From Schmidtea nova (taxonomy: Eukaryota), in NCBI GenBank assembly GCA_044892505.1, contig CM097883.1, positions 157,976,001 to 158,040,000 of the forward strand: a stretch of DNA of 64,000 nt, given 5' to 3'. The notes under the pieces are model-generated. The model saw only the letters and a program-made list of their open reading frames with translations, had not been told where the DNA came from and did no database searches. How positions within the stretch are numbered: position 1 is the first letter of the stretch; every line of letters starts with the position of its first letter. Position numbers and translations under genes: made by a program. Below are positions 27,864 through 42,228 of the stretch, piece by piece.

Positions 27864-29520
27864 CTTAATAAAATAAATTTTTAAATTTTTAAAATTTATA
27901 ATTAACAACAATAAACAGTAATAATTATTAATATAATAATTATTAACAATTGGTCAGTGTAATAAATAATGGTAAAGTGCATTTAGATAAAAGTATCTAG
28001 TAAAGGATATCAAATGAATTACCATGCCAATTTACCAAACCCCTTGCCATTTGCACGAGCACATCACATCAACATATCATTCGATAATCATACACAGAAT
28101 GATGTCAGCTCAACTGCAAAATTGGTTGTATCTGATCAGATAGTGTAGATGTTTAAGGATGATATTTCAATTTATAAATTTGTTTATGAAATATCCAAAG
28201 CTTAATTTATAATTAAAAGACAACTGAATGTTGTTCTGATAAAATAAATTCATTTGAAAGTTTTTATAATAACTTTAATATCCATGCACCATGCTGATCG
28301 GCAAAATACATCAGTATGTGGAAATATTTACTAAATGTTTCCTGCAATATTAATCGAAAGTTTCGTCGTTGTATTAAAGACATCGTCCAATTGAATACAC
28401 ATCGAAACTAGATACAATTGGATACAATAAAAAGGATCACATGCTAAAATGATATAACGTGCAGATTGTTATGAAAACGAGTATTTTTAATGTTTTTAAA
28501 TAGTTTGTGTTAATACGTGTGTTTTGTCGTTTTAATTAAATTGAATGATGAAATTGGTTTTGTTAAAATTTTTAATAATTAAAAATTATAATAAAAATTT
28601 ATAAAAATAATTACAAAAATAACACATGAAGATAGTAATAAAATAAAAATAACACTTAGGAAAATAACAATAAAATTAGTATTAATAATAATAATGTTAA
28701 TTAAAAAAACTTTTAAATAATTTTAATAAAATTGTAAAAATAAAATTAATAATAATAATGTAAATAATAATAATTAATAAAATAATGTTAATTAATAAAA
28801 TAGTATTAAGTTATAAAATATTAAATTTAAAAGTAAATTAATAATAATAAATGAATAATTCTAAAAAGAGGGGTAAATTGAACTTGTGTTGAAATTTTAA
28901 AGTTTTTGTATTTTTTAAAAATTTTAAAGGCTTTTGAATTTTTTAAAAATTTTTAAGTTTTTGAAAATTTTTGTATTTTTGAAAATTTTGAAAACTTTTG
29001 AAAAAATTTTAGTTTTTAAAAGTTTGACCTTAAAAATTTTGAATTTGACCTTAAATCTGCAACAGAAAGATTGGCATGTCTGATTTGAAAATCTTAACAA
29101 AAAATCTTAATAATCATTATGAACACATTATATGTGGAGCGTTGTTGATAAGATTTTTAATACCAAAATTTAACGTGCAGATAGAATTGTTTTTGTTAAA
29201 ATTTAATAAATAAAATTTTTTTTAAATATTTTAAAAATTTTTAAAAATTTTGTTAATAATTAATCATTTTAAAATTAATTTGTGGATTGATTTTTAATAA
29301 ATTAAAATTTTATTTTGAAAAAAATATATAAAAATTTTTAATTTTTATCAAATTATATTTTATAATTTAATTCTATAAATTTAATTTAACAAAGTTTTTT
29401 TCTGGATGACTGAAGATGGAATGGAGTCTATCAAAATATTTAGTTCGTATGTTATATAAATAAAAAAGTATATTGTTTTGTTGTTACTAGAGTTTATTAA
29501 AATATAATAATAAGGTAAAA

Positions 29521-29720
29521 GTGTTAAGCCCTTCACCGCAATGTTTGTTTGATGAAATATGTCGATCTTAAAAAGATTCTAATCACACCTGAATTCGAAA
29601 GGAAAATATTCAGAAAGAAGTGATGAGTCAATTGGAAAGAATTTCATATTAGAGTGATCAGGATCTTTTTAAGATCGAAATATTTTTATCAAATAAACAT
29701 TGCAGAGAAACGCTTCACAC
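29521..29720. mobile_element. Foldback/MITE-like repeat; a related copy lies at ~47380-47500
   Basis: Imperfect ~55-bp inverted arms around gatcttaaaaagat / atctttttaagatc; the same motif recurs near 47440. Confidence 0.55.
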
Positions 29721-30923
29721 TTTTACCTTATTATTATACAATAACTATACCTCTAATTGAATTTTTACAACTTTTAATCTACAAAGAATATAAATTGAAC
29801 TAAAAATTAACATAATCGCAAATAATCCAAAGTATTAAATTTCATTATCAAACTAGCGATAAATAAAGCCTGTCAAATGACAGTTAAATTTCTTTGAATT
29901 TAGAGAAAATTAAATATTGTTGGTAACGGTCCGATAGACAGTGGCATTACATATAAAAGGCATTGATAAAAAGGTGGTATCGAATTTTAGTTGTCAGTAG
30001 TATTTATCAAAACAAGCATAAAATTCAATAGAATATGAGTCTGAAATGCTTCTTTTAGAATTATTTTAAAATAATATTATAGTGTTTTTCAAATTTTGAA
30101 ATAATGGACAAATCGAATGGTCATGTTACTTGAGCAAAACAATTTTATGAAGAAGATTTTTCAAATTGCAGATATCCAAGCAGGCGAATGTTTAGTAAAA
30201 TCAATCAACGTTTGACTACAGTAGACCACGATCCGTTAGAATACAGAACTAAATTATTTAGCACAAATAGTTCTAATACAATTGATTCAGACAAACCAGT
30301 TAAATCAAAGAAAGCTATTTTGAAGCTAGTTCAAATATATCATGGTCATAAAATGTATTTTTGGCTAGTGAAATAGAATTCAGTCTTTCAAATCCAGTTA
30401 AATTGAGTAAGACTCAATATTCGAATCTTTATGGAACTATACCGAAATAAGATGTATTATCTCTCAATAAAGTTGTGAATCAGATCAATAAGAAATTATG
30501 TTGCAATGAAAACATAATCATTAATAATCGGCAAACCAAATTCTTCGATTCATTTAAAGATATTCAATTCATAGATTATGAAAGCTGGTATATTAACATT
30601 ACAATTCAAGGGTATAAACTTGATTTGAATGACGTTATGACTCCAATTTGGCGAGTTAACAATGTCAGAATATCTCAAGGATTTTGATTTTAATAAAACT
30701 TGTTAAAAAATTTGTCTTTTTTATTTGTGTCAAGTTTTATTTAGGTATNNNNNNNNNNNNNNNNNNNNNNNNNNNNNNNNNNNNNNNNNNNNNNNNNNNN
30801 NNNNNNNNNNNNNNNNNNNNNNNNNNNNNNNNNNNNNNNNNNNNNNNNNNNNNNNNNNNNNNNNNNNNNNNNNNNNNNNNNNNNAGAAAAACCAAATAGA
30901 TGTTAAAATTTTAATTATTAAGT

Positions 30924-30993
30924 GTGGAATTCAGCTTAGTTGGAAGTCTATGAATTTCTAATTGTGAGACCCCAGGTTCAACTCCAAAGGTGG
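30924..30993 (+). pseudogene. tRNA-like pseudogene or SINE head
   Basis: A-box-like TCAGCTTAGTTGG and B-box-like GGTTCAACTCC at tRNA spacing; cloverleaf not convincing. Confidence 0.35.
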
Positions 30994-33003
30994 AATAATA
31001 TTTTCTTTAACTTTTTTATAAAAATTTTGTTAAGGAATCGGATTCAGCGTATTGAATTTGATATAAATAAAAATTTTATTGAAATATTTATTGAAAAATA
31101 CTTAATTTAAAAAATCTTTTCATTGCTTCTTCTAATTCAATCAGTAGAAAGATTTTAAAAATTATTAAGATAATTATTCAGACGATTTGTGGATATTTTA
31201 TACAAATCAAATGATTGATTTATTAATTTACTTTGATTAAATAAATTATTATTTCAAAATTTCATACATGTATTAATTTTTCATGGTCCTTGTGCAAATA
31301 ATATGAAAGTTAATGTAGATACATGACTGCATTTATAGAATTTAAGACTTATATAAGTAGATCTTAATTAATACCACAGCTTTTGAACTAGTGATAATCA
31401 TTTGATTGATCAACTGCATAGTTGTGCGTAGTTGAGTGCAGTGGTTCAGTGGGAGTGTGAGTGATAATGGGTTGTTAGCATGTAGTGATTATGTAAATTA
31501 GTTACCATATGTGCGTAAGTCATGTAACCGCATAGCAACTAAAGGTAAAGGTGTAATGGACAACTGGAGTCAAATGTCAAGTGAGATGTAATAAGGCAAG
31601 TATGATGTAATAATTGACAAAGGCCGAGTATGGTGCAATAGGATCAAGAGATCAAATGTGACATAATTGGACTCAAATATGATGTAATTGGGATCAAATA
31701 TGGCGTAATTGGGGACAGGAATGACGTAATTTGGATCAAATGTTACGCCATCGAGGTTAATTATTACGTATCCGGGGTCAATTTTTGCATCACTTAGGGG
31801 CAGAGGTCAATTATTACGTAATCGTCGTGGGTACTGTATCTTACGGGGACACATCTTACTTACGAATTTGAAGAAAATTCTGAAACATCATGCCAAAGGA
31901 CTGTTTTGAAAGAACATATATCAAGCCATCGCGCTTTGTGCATCAAGATGATTGGCATCCATACAATGTTCAACGTGTTCAACCACTTATGCCAGTGGTT
32001 GCTGTAGAAAACAGATTGATACAAAATGTGATCAGATGACTGGTACGCTTACTCAGTTAAATAGTTCACATGCAATGCCATGCTAGGAACATTAAAATTT
32101 TAGCAATAAATCCTCAAAACGAATAGTTATTACAGTCGATTTTCAATGTAAAAATTCAAATATAATACCTTAGTACTTTTACAAATATATCTTTTTACAG
32201 CTAGAATATATTTATTGTTTGGCTTACAAATTTTGACCTTATCATATGAAAATTATGATGCTGCATTCAAATTTATGACTTAAAATAAAACTGCAATAAT
32301 AATTATTAGTATCGGCAGAACAAATCTCGGTATCCAGTGTTTCTTGTTCAAATGTTGACTGTCTCTTGGTTAATTCTAATTTTGTGTTCCAATTTTCTGT
32401 CATATTATGACAATAACGCACTCAAGACTAAATGATTCTTGTGTTGATTCTGTGCTGTCATCCAAGTAAATACATATAAATGTATAAAGAGACCAGTAAA
32501 TAAATTTTTATTATGATGAAGTATTGTACTATGGAACACGGTAAAAAATTGCATTAATTTCAAAATTATATAAGTATGGCAGAAAATATAAAATCGGAAA
32601 ATTGACATGAGACTTTTAAAATTTGAAATTAAAATATAATCCGAAAGAGTTATTGGGGCCACAGAATTTAATAATCGGCTGGCAAGAATATGTAACATGC
32701 GTTTATTTGTATGGAAATTATTGAATACATATTCTGGATCTATGCCTATCTGGATCTACTATTACGGGAATATTAGTTATTGCCGTGATTGGGTCGTTGT
32801 TGTAATCTATATATAATATTAGCTATAAACCTTAAAAAACACGTGATATACCAAAAACATTTTAATTATATCACTCATAGATTAGTAAGCTATGTTTCTT
32901 TATATGGTCTTGAATGATTGTAGAAGATAAAATAAAAAATATATATAATCAAAACTTATTCAAAATATTAAATCATCATAAATAACTGTTTGAGCATCTA
33001 AAC

Positions 33004-33393
33004 CAGGGGTCTCAAACTCAAAGTCTAACGCGGGCCATGTGTGACTAAAAACATAACCCCATGGGCCGCACTACTTAAAATCTTTATACAATGATTAAAA
33101 ACATAAATCTAGTAGTAACGAAAGGAAAACTTAAATTTTTTTTACACTATTCTTCTAAAGTTATGCATTTTTAGATTTTATTTTAACATTCTAGTAATCA
33201 TTATGCAGCCGCTTTACATTAAAATTACGTAGTGAAGCTTTTATTGAGTTGTAAATAGGAGCAATCGTTCATATAAAATTAATTTAAAAGAAAATTCTAA
33301 ATTGTTATATGAAAATTCTAAAATTGTTATATAAGTTTGGTTAAATTACAAAAATCATGTGCTTCGTTTCGGGCCGCGTGTTTGAGACCCTTG
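33004..33393. mobile_element. hAT-type MITE
   Basis: TIRs CAGGGGTCTCAAAC / GTTTGAGACCCTTG; 8-bp TSD ATCTAAAC / ATATAAAC (7/8). Confidence 0.8.
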
Positions 33394-34692
33394 ATATAAA
33401 CTAATAATTCAAACATCCTAATGCATCTTTTACAATGAAAGTTTAATACTATTAAAAGNNNNNNNNNNNNNNNNNNNNNNNNNNNNNNNNNNNNNNNNNN
33501 NNNNNNNNNNNNNNNNNNNNNNNNNNNNNNNNNNNNNNNNNNNNNNNNNNNNNNNNNNNNNNNNNNNNNNNNNNNNNNNNNNNNNNNNNNNNNNNNNNNN
33601 NNNNNNNNNNNNNNNNNNNNNCTAATTGAAGTAAATTAGAAATTAAAATATTATATAATATATTTAATTTAACATTGTTAAATTAACAGATAGAAGGACA
33701 AACAGACAAAATTGCTTTTTCTTATATTAATAAGAATATTTATACAAAAATTAAAAATACCATTATACTTTTAATGCCATTACTATTTACAAAAAGGATT
33801 GAATTATTAACTATAGCAATATTTATATTAAAAACGGGTAATGGTGTTTCGTAATAGATTTATTGAAATTTACACAATATCAATTACTGCAAACTACAAA
33901 ATTATTTTTGATTACTTTCATAATATGAAATTCCCTGAACTCAATTATACCTAATGGTTCAATTAAAATTCACTTAAATCAAAAAAACGTGTTTAAATAT
34001 TTAAAATAATTTAGAAGAAAATCAGGCTAATGCAAATTTGAAAATTTTAAAGAAGCTATGTCTTACACTTTTTGAGTTAATGAATAATAAATATAATGTA
34101 TATGTATAATAAATAAATGAAATATATTTTGATTGTTTTTATAATTTCCTAAATCAGTGGCAATTTTAAAACAAATAAGAAAAAATGATTAATTTTTACT
34201 ATAACCCTTTCTCATTTGTACAAAATTACCCATTTAAAAAAATAATTTTTAACATGTATGTAAAACTCATTTTTTCAACACCGACCACATAAGCTATTTT
34301 GTTCTAGACTACAGACCGTACGTTTAACAAGCGTAATTTTAAACAGGAGAATTTAAAAATTGGTTTTGAGGTATTGGCCCGACTATTTTATATACTAAAA
34401 CATTTTTTAAAAATAACTGTAAATCTTAGAAATACGGCAAACTTTGATTTTTCAAAAAATATATTTTTACTTTTAAAGGTTTCTGTTTTATTTACATACC
34501 ACAGTATAAATAATACAACACTCATTTTTAGAAGTTCTTTATTTTCATAAATAAAATTTTTCTTCTTTGCACTGTTTTTGTTTGTTTCTTTTTAAATAAC
34601 ATTTCTTTTTTTCTATCTCTTTACTTTTTCAATTTCTTGTTTCCCCTTGTCGGAATGATTTCAACAAAATTTATTTTATTTACATTTTTAAT

Positions 34693-34744
<52 letters not shown>

Positions 34745-35584
34745 TGTGTGTGTTACAGTTAAATCATCAACTTAGTCAATGTATACACCCTCTAGCTAAA
34801 TTATAATTTAACTAAACAAATCAGAGAAAGTATACACAAATAAATTTATGAATACTTCCACTAGTTAGTGTATACACCTTTAACTGTAGATTAGTTAAAG
34901 TATTTCAATGGTTTTTCAACGTANNNNNNNNNNNNNNNNNNNNNNNNNNNNNNNNNNNNNNNNNNNNNNNNNNNNNNNNNNNNNNNNNNNNNNNNNNNNN
35001 NNNNNNNNNNNNNNNNNNNNNNNNNNNNNNNNNNNNNNNNNNNNNNNNNNNNNNNNNNNNNNNNNNNNNNNNNNNNNNNNNNNNNNNNNNNNNNNNNTAT
35101 TATCTTGTTGTTGTTATTATTCATTTTTATGGTTATCCGTATTTTTTATTGTTTATCTGTGTTGGTATGTCCGTATTATTGTATGATTGCTGCAACAACA
35201 TTGATCCCCNNNNNNNNNNNNNNNNNNNNNNNNNNNNNNNNNNNNNNNNNNNNNNNNNNNNNNNNNNNNNNNNNNNNNNNNNNNNNNNNNNNNNNNNNNN
35301 NNNNNNNNNNNNNNNNNNNNNNNNNNNNNNNNNNNNNNNNNNNNNNNNNNNNNNNNNNNNNNATTTTAATTTGAATAAAATAGCTTACTATAGTAATAGA
35401 CTATAGTAATAGTAAGCTAACGACAAAAAAAAATAAAAAAATCAATTAAATAATTTAATATTTTAATTTGGGTTATAAATTAATTAACCAAACCATTAAA
35501 TGAAAAGAATATGCTGAAACGGAATATCAATAAATAAAAGACATCAGATCTGAGTTAGGAGATTGTGAGAATCCAATAAAACTT

Positions 35585-35810
35585 CAGAAATTATTCAGAA
35601 ATTATCCAGAAACTATCCAGAAATTATTCGGAAATTATCCAGAAATTATCCAGAAATTATCCAGAAATTATTCAGAAACTATCCAGAAACTATCCAGATA
35701 TTATTCAGAAATTATCCAGAAATTATCTAGAAATTATTCAGAAATTATCCAGAAACTATCCAGAAATTATCCAGAACATTATCCAGAACATTATACAGAA
35801 AATTATCCAA
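35585..35810. repeat. 11-bp minisatellite (CAGAAATTATC)n
   Basis: About 20 imperfect tandem copies. Confidence 0.9.
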
Positions 35811-36111
35811 AACTTCTGTCCGAGATTTCCAAAATTCCTTTCTCGTCCAAAACCAACACATCTCCCCCAAATTTAAAGTAATAATTCATAGTTCTAACGT
35901 TGTAAAACTTTCTTTTGTGATCATCATTTTTTGTTGCGTGAATAATTAATTTATTTTGTTATTTAGTTGTTACTATTTTTAGCATCACATAGCAAACACC
36001 CCGAGTGTCTGCACACGAATACCGCAAGACTCTCTCGGGATCTACAAAACTCTTCTTACACTCACAGACTCTAAAGACATTTAATACGACCTAAATAACA
36101 AACATAAAAAC

Positions 36112-39100
36112 TGGTGTCAGAAGTCAACACAACACATACACACTCGTCGTTTTTTACAAACGTTAACGTCTTCAGCATACCTATTATAGAGGTATAAGGA
36201 TTAACGTCACTTTTAGCCGAACACAGTAGGTTATATCCTTTAGTCAATCTCATTTTTTTCACATAAAAAAACAACAGAACAAACAACAATACAATTAAAT
36301 AGCATCGAACCAAGCAAACCCAAACACTTCACAAACACCAATGGACGACGAAAATGCACAACCCCAACACCAAAACAACAATTAATATCACAACGACGAA
36401 AACACCCAAATACAAAGGAAAAATAGCCACTATTATTTTAACCCAGAAAACACTCACAATTAATCCCATGATTAACCCAATCCCAAATTTTTTTATCAGC
36501 GAAGAAGGTTCGGTGCAAACATGGTTTAAACTAGCCAAATTGACATTAACCTTGAGCGGGATAACCTCACCAAGACTGATATGCTCACAAATATTCACGG
36601 CACTCCCAAGCAATATACGCAAAACAATTGCTGATCAAATAGACAAGATTTTCAATTGCAATAACCCATTTGAAAAACTGTGCAGCATATTAGCAAATAG
36701 GGACGAAACAAACAAAAAAGAAATACAAGAACCTTTCACAAACAACAGGCAAAAGGATAATATCCAAAATAATTTTTCAAATCCACTAAAACAGAATTTG
36801 GAGTACGCCCAAACAAAATTAGCAAACATTGACGTAAATGAACAGAGATCATGTCAAACATTAACAACTAAAAATAAGGAAATCGAAAATAAAAGGTGGA
36901 CAGACATTGTTGATAAAATAAATGCAGGAGATTACCCGAGCATTAATAGTACTCATGACTACAAAAACAAAATACTTAACCATGAACAAGAGGAGGAAGA
37001 AAACGAAAGAACAGAATTTAACGAAACAAACAAAATTCTTAGTAATTTAATAAGTCAACTAGACAAAATAGTAACTGAAAACAAAAGGTTCAAATTAGAA
37101 CTAAAAGAAATTAAAGAAAAAAATCTAAAACAAAACTACTGTCCAAATCAAATAGCGTACAGACTCAATAGGCCAAAACCAAACTCAGGAAATCAACACC
37201 AAAACTTTCACAGCAATAAAAACAAAGAATCTGGAAATAGACAAAAATTCTGGAAGCCAGAAATCAGACTATCAGACCAAGAATGGTGTTACTTCCATTG
37301 CAAATTTGGAGAAAAAGCATTCAGATGCACAAAACCATGTAGATACAACGAAAAAAACACAGAAAAATTGAAAAGTTTGCCAGTAGTTGCTCCTACATTT
37401 GGCGAAACAAATACAGAAAAACTGAAAACGTTACCAGTAGTAGCACCTACATTCGACAATAAACATACAACTTTTTCAGTATGTTAAAAAAAAATAGAAT
37501 ACCTAGTGGACACAGGTTCAGTAATATCGCTATTACCTCATATTTTGTACAATAATACAAAAAATCAAAACAAACTACTAACGGCAGCCAATGGATCTAA
37601 CATAAAAACTTTCGGCAAACAAGATGTAACCCTAACAATAAACAACAAAACTTACAAGTGGACATTCACCATAGCTGTGGTCCAACAAGAATTAATAGGA
37701 GCAGACTTCCTAACAAATTACAACCTCCTAGTGGATTGCAAAAACAAACAAATAACAGAAAATACTAATGCTACAACTCCACAACGCAACACGAGCAGTG
37801 GACATAGACCGAAGATAGACATCGGCGTCGTTACGACAAACATAAAAAACAAACCAAACCTGAACAAAAATATACCAGAAATTGACAAAATTCTGGAACG
37901 ATTCAAAGAATTAACGGAACCCGTCTAATTCAACGACGATTCTGAAAAAAACAACCTAACACGCGATAATCACAAACGGAAATCCAGTACACGCAAAAGA
38001 AAGACCACTGGATCCCAAAAAGATAGAAATCACAAAAAACATTTTCAGCGAACTGTTAAAAAATAACATTGTAAAATTTTCCAACTCAGAGTGGTCTTCA
38101 GCATTGATGCTAAAACAAAAAGCAAATGGTGAATGGAGAGCCTGCGGCGATTACAGACTATTAAACAAAATAACAGAACCAGACAGCTACCCATTAAATA
38201 TAATAAAAGACATCATAAACAGATTAAACGGCGCAAAATATTTCTCAAAAATAGATCTACAAAAAGCATACCACCAGATCCCAATTAGAAAAGAGGACGT
38301 AAAAAAGACAGCAATAAAAACGCCAATCGGAATGTTCGAATACAAACGAATGCCTTTCAGTTTACGGAATGAGGCAGCAACATTCCAACGATTCATGGAC
38401 CAAACGGTGAAAAACAACAAAAACACAATCCCCTACCTGGATGACATCCTAATATCAAGCCCAGACAAAACAACACATCTAAAAGATGTAGAAATGGTGT
38501 TCGAAACACTGAACAAAGCAAAACTGAAAATAAACATACAAAAATGCGAATTCATGAGAAATGAAATTTCTGGGACACACACTAAACGATAAAGGAACAC
38601 AGCCGATCGAAAACAAAATAAACAATATAAAAAACTACAAACAACCAACAAACACAAGAGAGTTGAGAAGATTTCTAGGAATGGTAAACTTCTACCATTC
38701 TTACATCCCAAACTGCAGTAAATTACTAGCACCATTAAATGACATGATCACAACAAAACGAAATGTCACAATAAACTGAACTCAGCAAACAACCGAAGCA
38801 TTCGAGAAAGCCAAAGAAAGTCTTTCAGCAGCAACACTACTCGGATATCCCGACCCAGAAATAGAATACCAATTAACTACAGACTGCTCAGGTTTCGCAA
38901 TGGGTGCAACAATTTTCCAGGAAAATAAATTTGGAAAACAACCACTAAGTTTCTTCTCTAAAAAGCTAAAGTCACACCAAACAAGATATTCGACTTTCGA
39001 CAGAGAACTCCTAGCAATACATGATTCAATCAAACACTTCCAACATTTACTCGAAGGGCGAACTTTCAAAATATTCACCGACCACAAACCGCTAACAAAC

Positions 39101-40380
39101 GCAATAGAAATGAAAAACCCTTCGCCCAGACAGATCAGACAAATTCCTTAGAATTCGGAGAAATAATTGATTTGGATCAAATCAAACCCAAACAAAACGA
39201 AAAAATAAGGAACCTGCCAACTAAACATTGCCTGAAACTCTAGGAACTTAACGGAGTATGGTACGATGTATCCAACGAAAGCAAGAGACGAATTCTACTA
39301 CCCGAAGAATTCCGACAAAAATGCTTCTAAAAGATCAACTCAATTAATCATCCGGGAAACAAAACAACTTTCGAATTAATACATAACAATTATATATGGC
39401 CTGGCATGAGGAAAGACATAAAAAAGTTTGTCAAGGGCTGCCATAATTGCCAAATAAGCAAACCAACAAAGAAAATCAAAACAGAAAAAGTAAACTTTCC
39501 AAGCAGCCAACCTTTCGAGATGATCCACATTGACATAGTAGGACCGTAACGACCAAACAACGGGTACAACAACTTACTAACAATCATCGACAGAAAGACA
39601 AACTGGTTCGAAATCGTCCCATTAAAAGAAATATCCGCACAAAATTTATGTAACAGCATTGAACTAAGTTGGATATCTCGCTACGGACAACCCAAGATAC
39701 TAATAACAGATCAAGGGAGGCAATTCGAATCAGAAATATTCAGCGCACTATGTAAAAAATATGAAATAAAACGGAATAGAACAACCGCCTACAACCCACA
39801 AGCGAATGGGAAAGTCGAAAGACTGCATAGAACGCTTAAACAAAGCATTCGAACAAAAGCAAACGACAGAAATTGCTTATCCGAACTACCGACAATTTTA
39901 CTAGAATTAAGAAACACTCCCAACTCAATCGACAACGAAAGCCCTTCGTACAAAGTTTTTGGCAGAGAATCAAATCTCCCAACACTTAAAAACAGTACAG
40001 CAGAAAACGTTGAAACAAACAAACAACCAACCAACACAAACAACGAAAGAGTAGAAAAGAAGTTAAAAGGAATCCTAAAAAAGAGAGCCAACTCTGAAAT
40101 GGACGGAAAAGTAGTTCTAACGACAGACTACGTATAAATAAAAAAGCCTTTCACTAAAGGTTTCGAACCAAAATACGAAGGCCCATTCAAACTGCTGGAA
40201 ATTAACAAAAATGTGGCAACAATAATAAAAGACAACATCAAAATAAGAATCAATCTAAGACGGATAAACCCGTATCACAACAATCAAAACATCTCAAACA
40301 ACCCCACAAAAGAAAAAGCACCGACACAAACAAAAAACAACCAAACCACAAACACATCTCATTCAATTCCAAAAACTCGA
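36112..40380 (+). mobile_element. Decayed Ty3/Gypsy retrotransposon (CsRN1-like Gag): gag, PR, RT, RNase H, integrase with frameshifts and stops; no 3' LTR found
   Basis: PBS-like TGGTGTCAGAAGT (tRNA-Leu type) at 36112; WCYFHCKFGEKAFRCTKPC; VDTGS; RMPFSL...YLDDILI; TDCSG...FDRELLAI...TDHKPL; IHIDIVGP...TDQGRQFES...NGKVERLHRTLK. Confidence 0.9.
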
Positions 40381-40500
40381 TAAAATTGTTCGACAAGAAC
40401 TCAATAATCACACCTCTATACAAAAAACGCTACAGCGATTGCCTCAAGTAAAAAAACACAAACATACATAAGCACATATATATATATATATATATATATA

Positions 40501-41798
40501 CGTGGTGCGGTCAAAAAGTTTTCGGCCTACCCCAGAAAAAAGTAAAAGCAAGAAACCACAAATATATTTTTATCAACACCAATACCATTACTTCTCGAAC
40601 CAATTACCTCCGGCATCGACACACTTCTCCCAACGACCAGGGAGGGCTTCGAATGCCCCATGGTAAAATGAGGGTGGAAACTAATCAAAAATCCGATTTA
40701 CAGCCTCCTCTAAATCACCTGCATCCATGAAATACTGTCCCCGCAGTTGCTCCTTCAATTCCGTAAATAGGCAGTAATCTGAGGGAGCCAAATCAGGGCT
40801 GTATGGAGGGTGGCTAATGATCTCGAAGCCACAGTCATTGAGTTTTGCTTGGGCAATGCGGCTAGTGTGAACTGGCGCATTGTCGTGTTGAAACAAGTGA
40901 GGGAGACCATATGGTTTTCGGCACTTTCTACGAGCTTGCTCAACGAGATTACGGTAATATTCTCCGCTGATTGTCCGTCCCTTCTCAAGAAAGTCGGTGA
41001 GGATCACTCCCTTATGACTCCAAAACACAGTCAACATGAGTTCCCGTCTGTGCGACATTCCAAAACGAGACTTCCAAACTTTTCCTTCTTTCAGCTTTCT
41101 CCATTCCATAGACTCCCGCTTTGATTCATGCTGATGTAGGGGCAACGGTGTCTCATCAACAGTGAGGATGTTTTGGATAAATCTTTCTCCATATTTGCGG
41201 TAAATGGCGAGGTTCATGAGACACGCATTCTTTCGGTTATTGTACATCTCAGTTGTCGAAAAGCGAGGCACAAAGCGAGACACCACCTTGTTGAAGTTAA
41301 GGTTTTTCAATAATTGCACTACGGTGCCGTGTGATATTTTTAGGGATTCTTCCAGCTGTTTAGTAGTTATACGGCGATCTTCCAGTACCATTTTCTTCAA
41401 TTTTTTCTTCACATCTTCATTTCTCGAAGTCGTTGGTCGACCCTCTCGTTCCTCATCTGACACACTTTGCCGAACCCGTTTGAATTCAGCATTCCAAAAC
41501 TTGATGGTAGACTGAGAAGGACACTTTTCGCCATAGGCTCGATTCAGATTTGCCATGGTTTCCTGGCTGGTTTGGCCGAGAAGAACACAAAAGCGATTAG
41601 CACTGCGATACTCAATTTTTTCCAGCGAATGCACTTGCAACGATATTTCCATCAGCAACAGGTAAAGTAAATGGATTAGGTCAATAAGATTTTCAACATG
41701 AAATTGTCAAAATAAATTTCCAATAAAATAAACCTATTTCCATTAAAAAAATCAATTTGTTAAGTATGGTAGGCCGGAAACTTTTTGACCGCACCACG
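40501..41798 (-). mobile_element. Mariner (DD34D) transposon, 1298 bp, full length
   Basis: 31-bp TIRs CGTGGTGCGGTCAAAAAGTTT(T/C)CGGCCTACC with 1 mismatch; TA flanks. Confidence 0.95.
40588..41625 (-). pseudogene. Mariner transposase with one premature TAG (40681-40683) and an apparent CTG at the usual start position
   Basis: VDET, HDNAPVH, HPPYSPDLAPSDY; the frame continues after the TAG as FPPSFYHGAFEALPGRWEKCVDAGGNWFEK*. Confidence 0.85.
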
Positions 41799-41805
41799 TA
41801 TATAT

Positions 41806-41963
41806 TATCAATAATTCCCATAATGGTAAGACTATAGATAAAAATTTCTGCACAGCCTTTATCAAGTGTGATTTGCACACTTGATAAATGCTGTGCCGAA
41901 ATATTATATACTTATTTAAAGAAATTTCGATCTATAGTCTTACCATTATGGGAATTATTGATA
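41806..41963. repeat. ~160-bp foldback (nested inverted repeats)
   Basis: Perfect 33-bp outer arms (41806-41838 / 41931-41963) and 21-bp inner arms with 1 mismatch. Confidence 0.85.
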
Positions 41964-42189
41964 TTAATATTAAAAAAGATAATTATGATTATATATATAT
42001 ATATACCGTATTTTTTGTCGTATAAGTCGCTACTTTTTTCGTTAAAAATACAAGTGCGACTAATATAAAGAAGCGACTTATATGATAATTTTTATTTTTT
42101 TTCTAACCAAACCAACAAATGTCCAGCCAAATTTCCAGAATAACAAATAATGATTTTTTAGAAAAAAATCGAAAAATTAGGTTGGTGCG

Positions 42190-42228
<39 letters not shown>

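Noticed and set aside
30684-35406. ORFs containing long X runs (also 57460-57690)
   Set aside because: Artefacts of N-gaps
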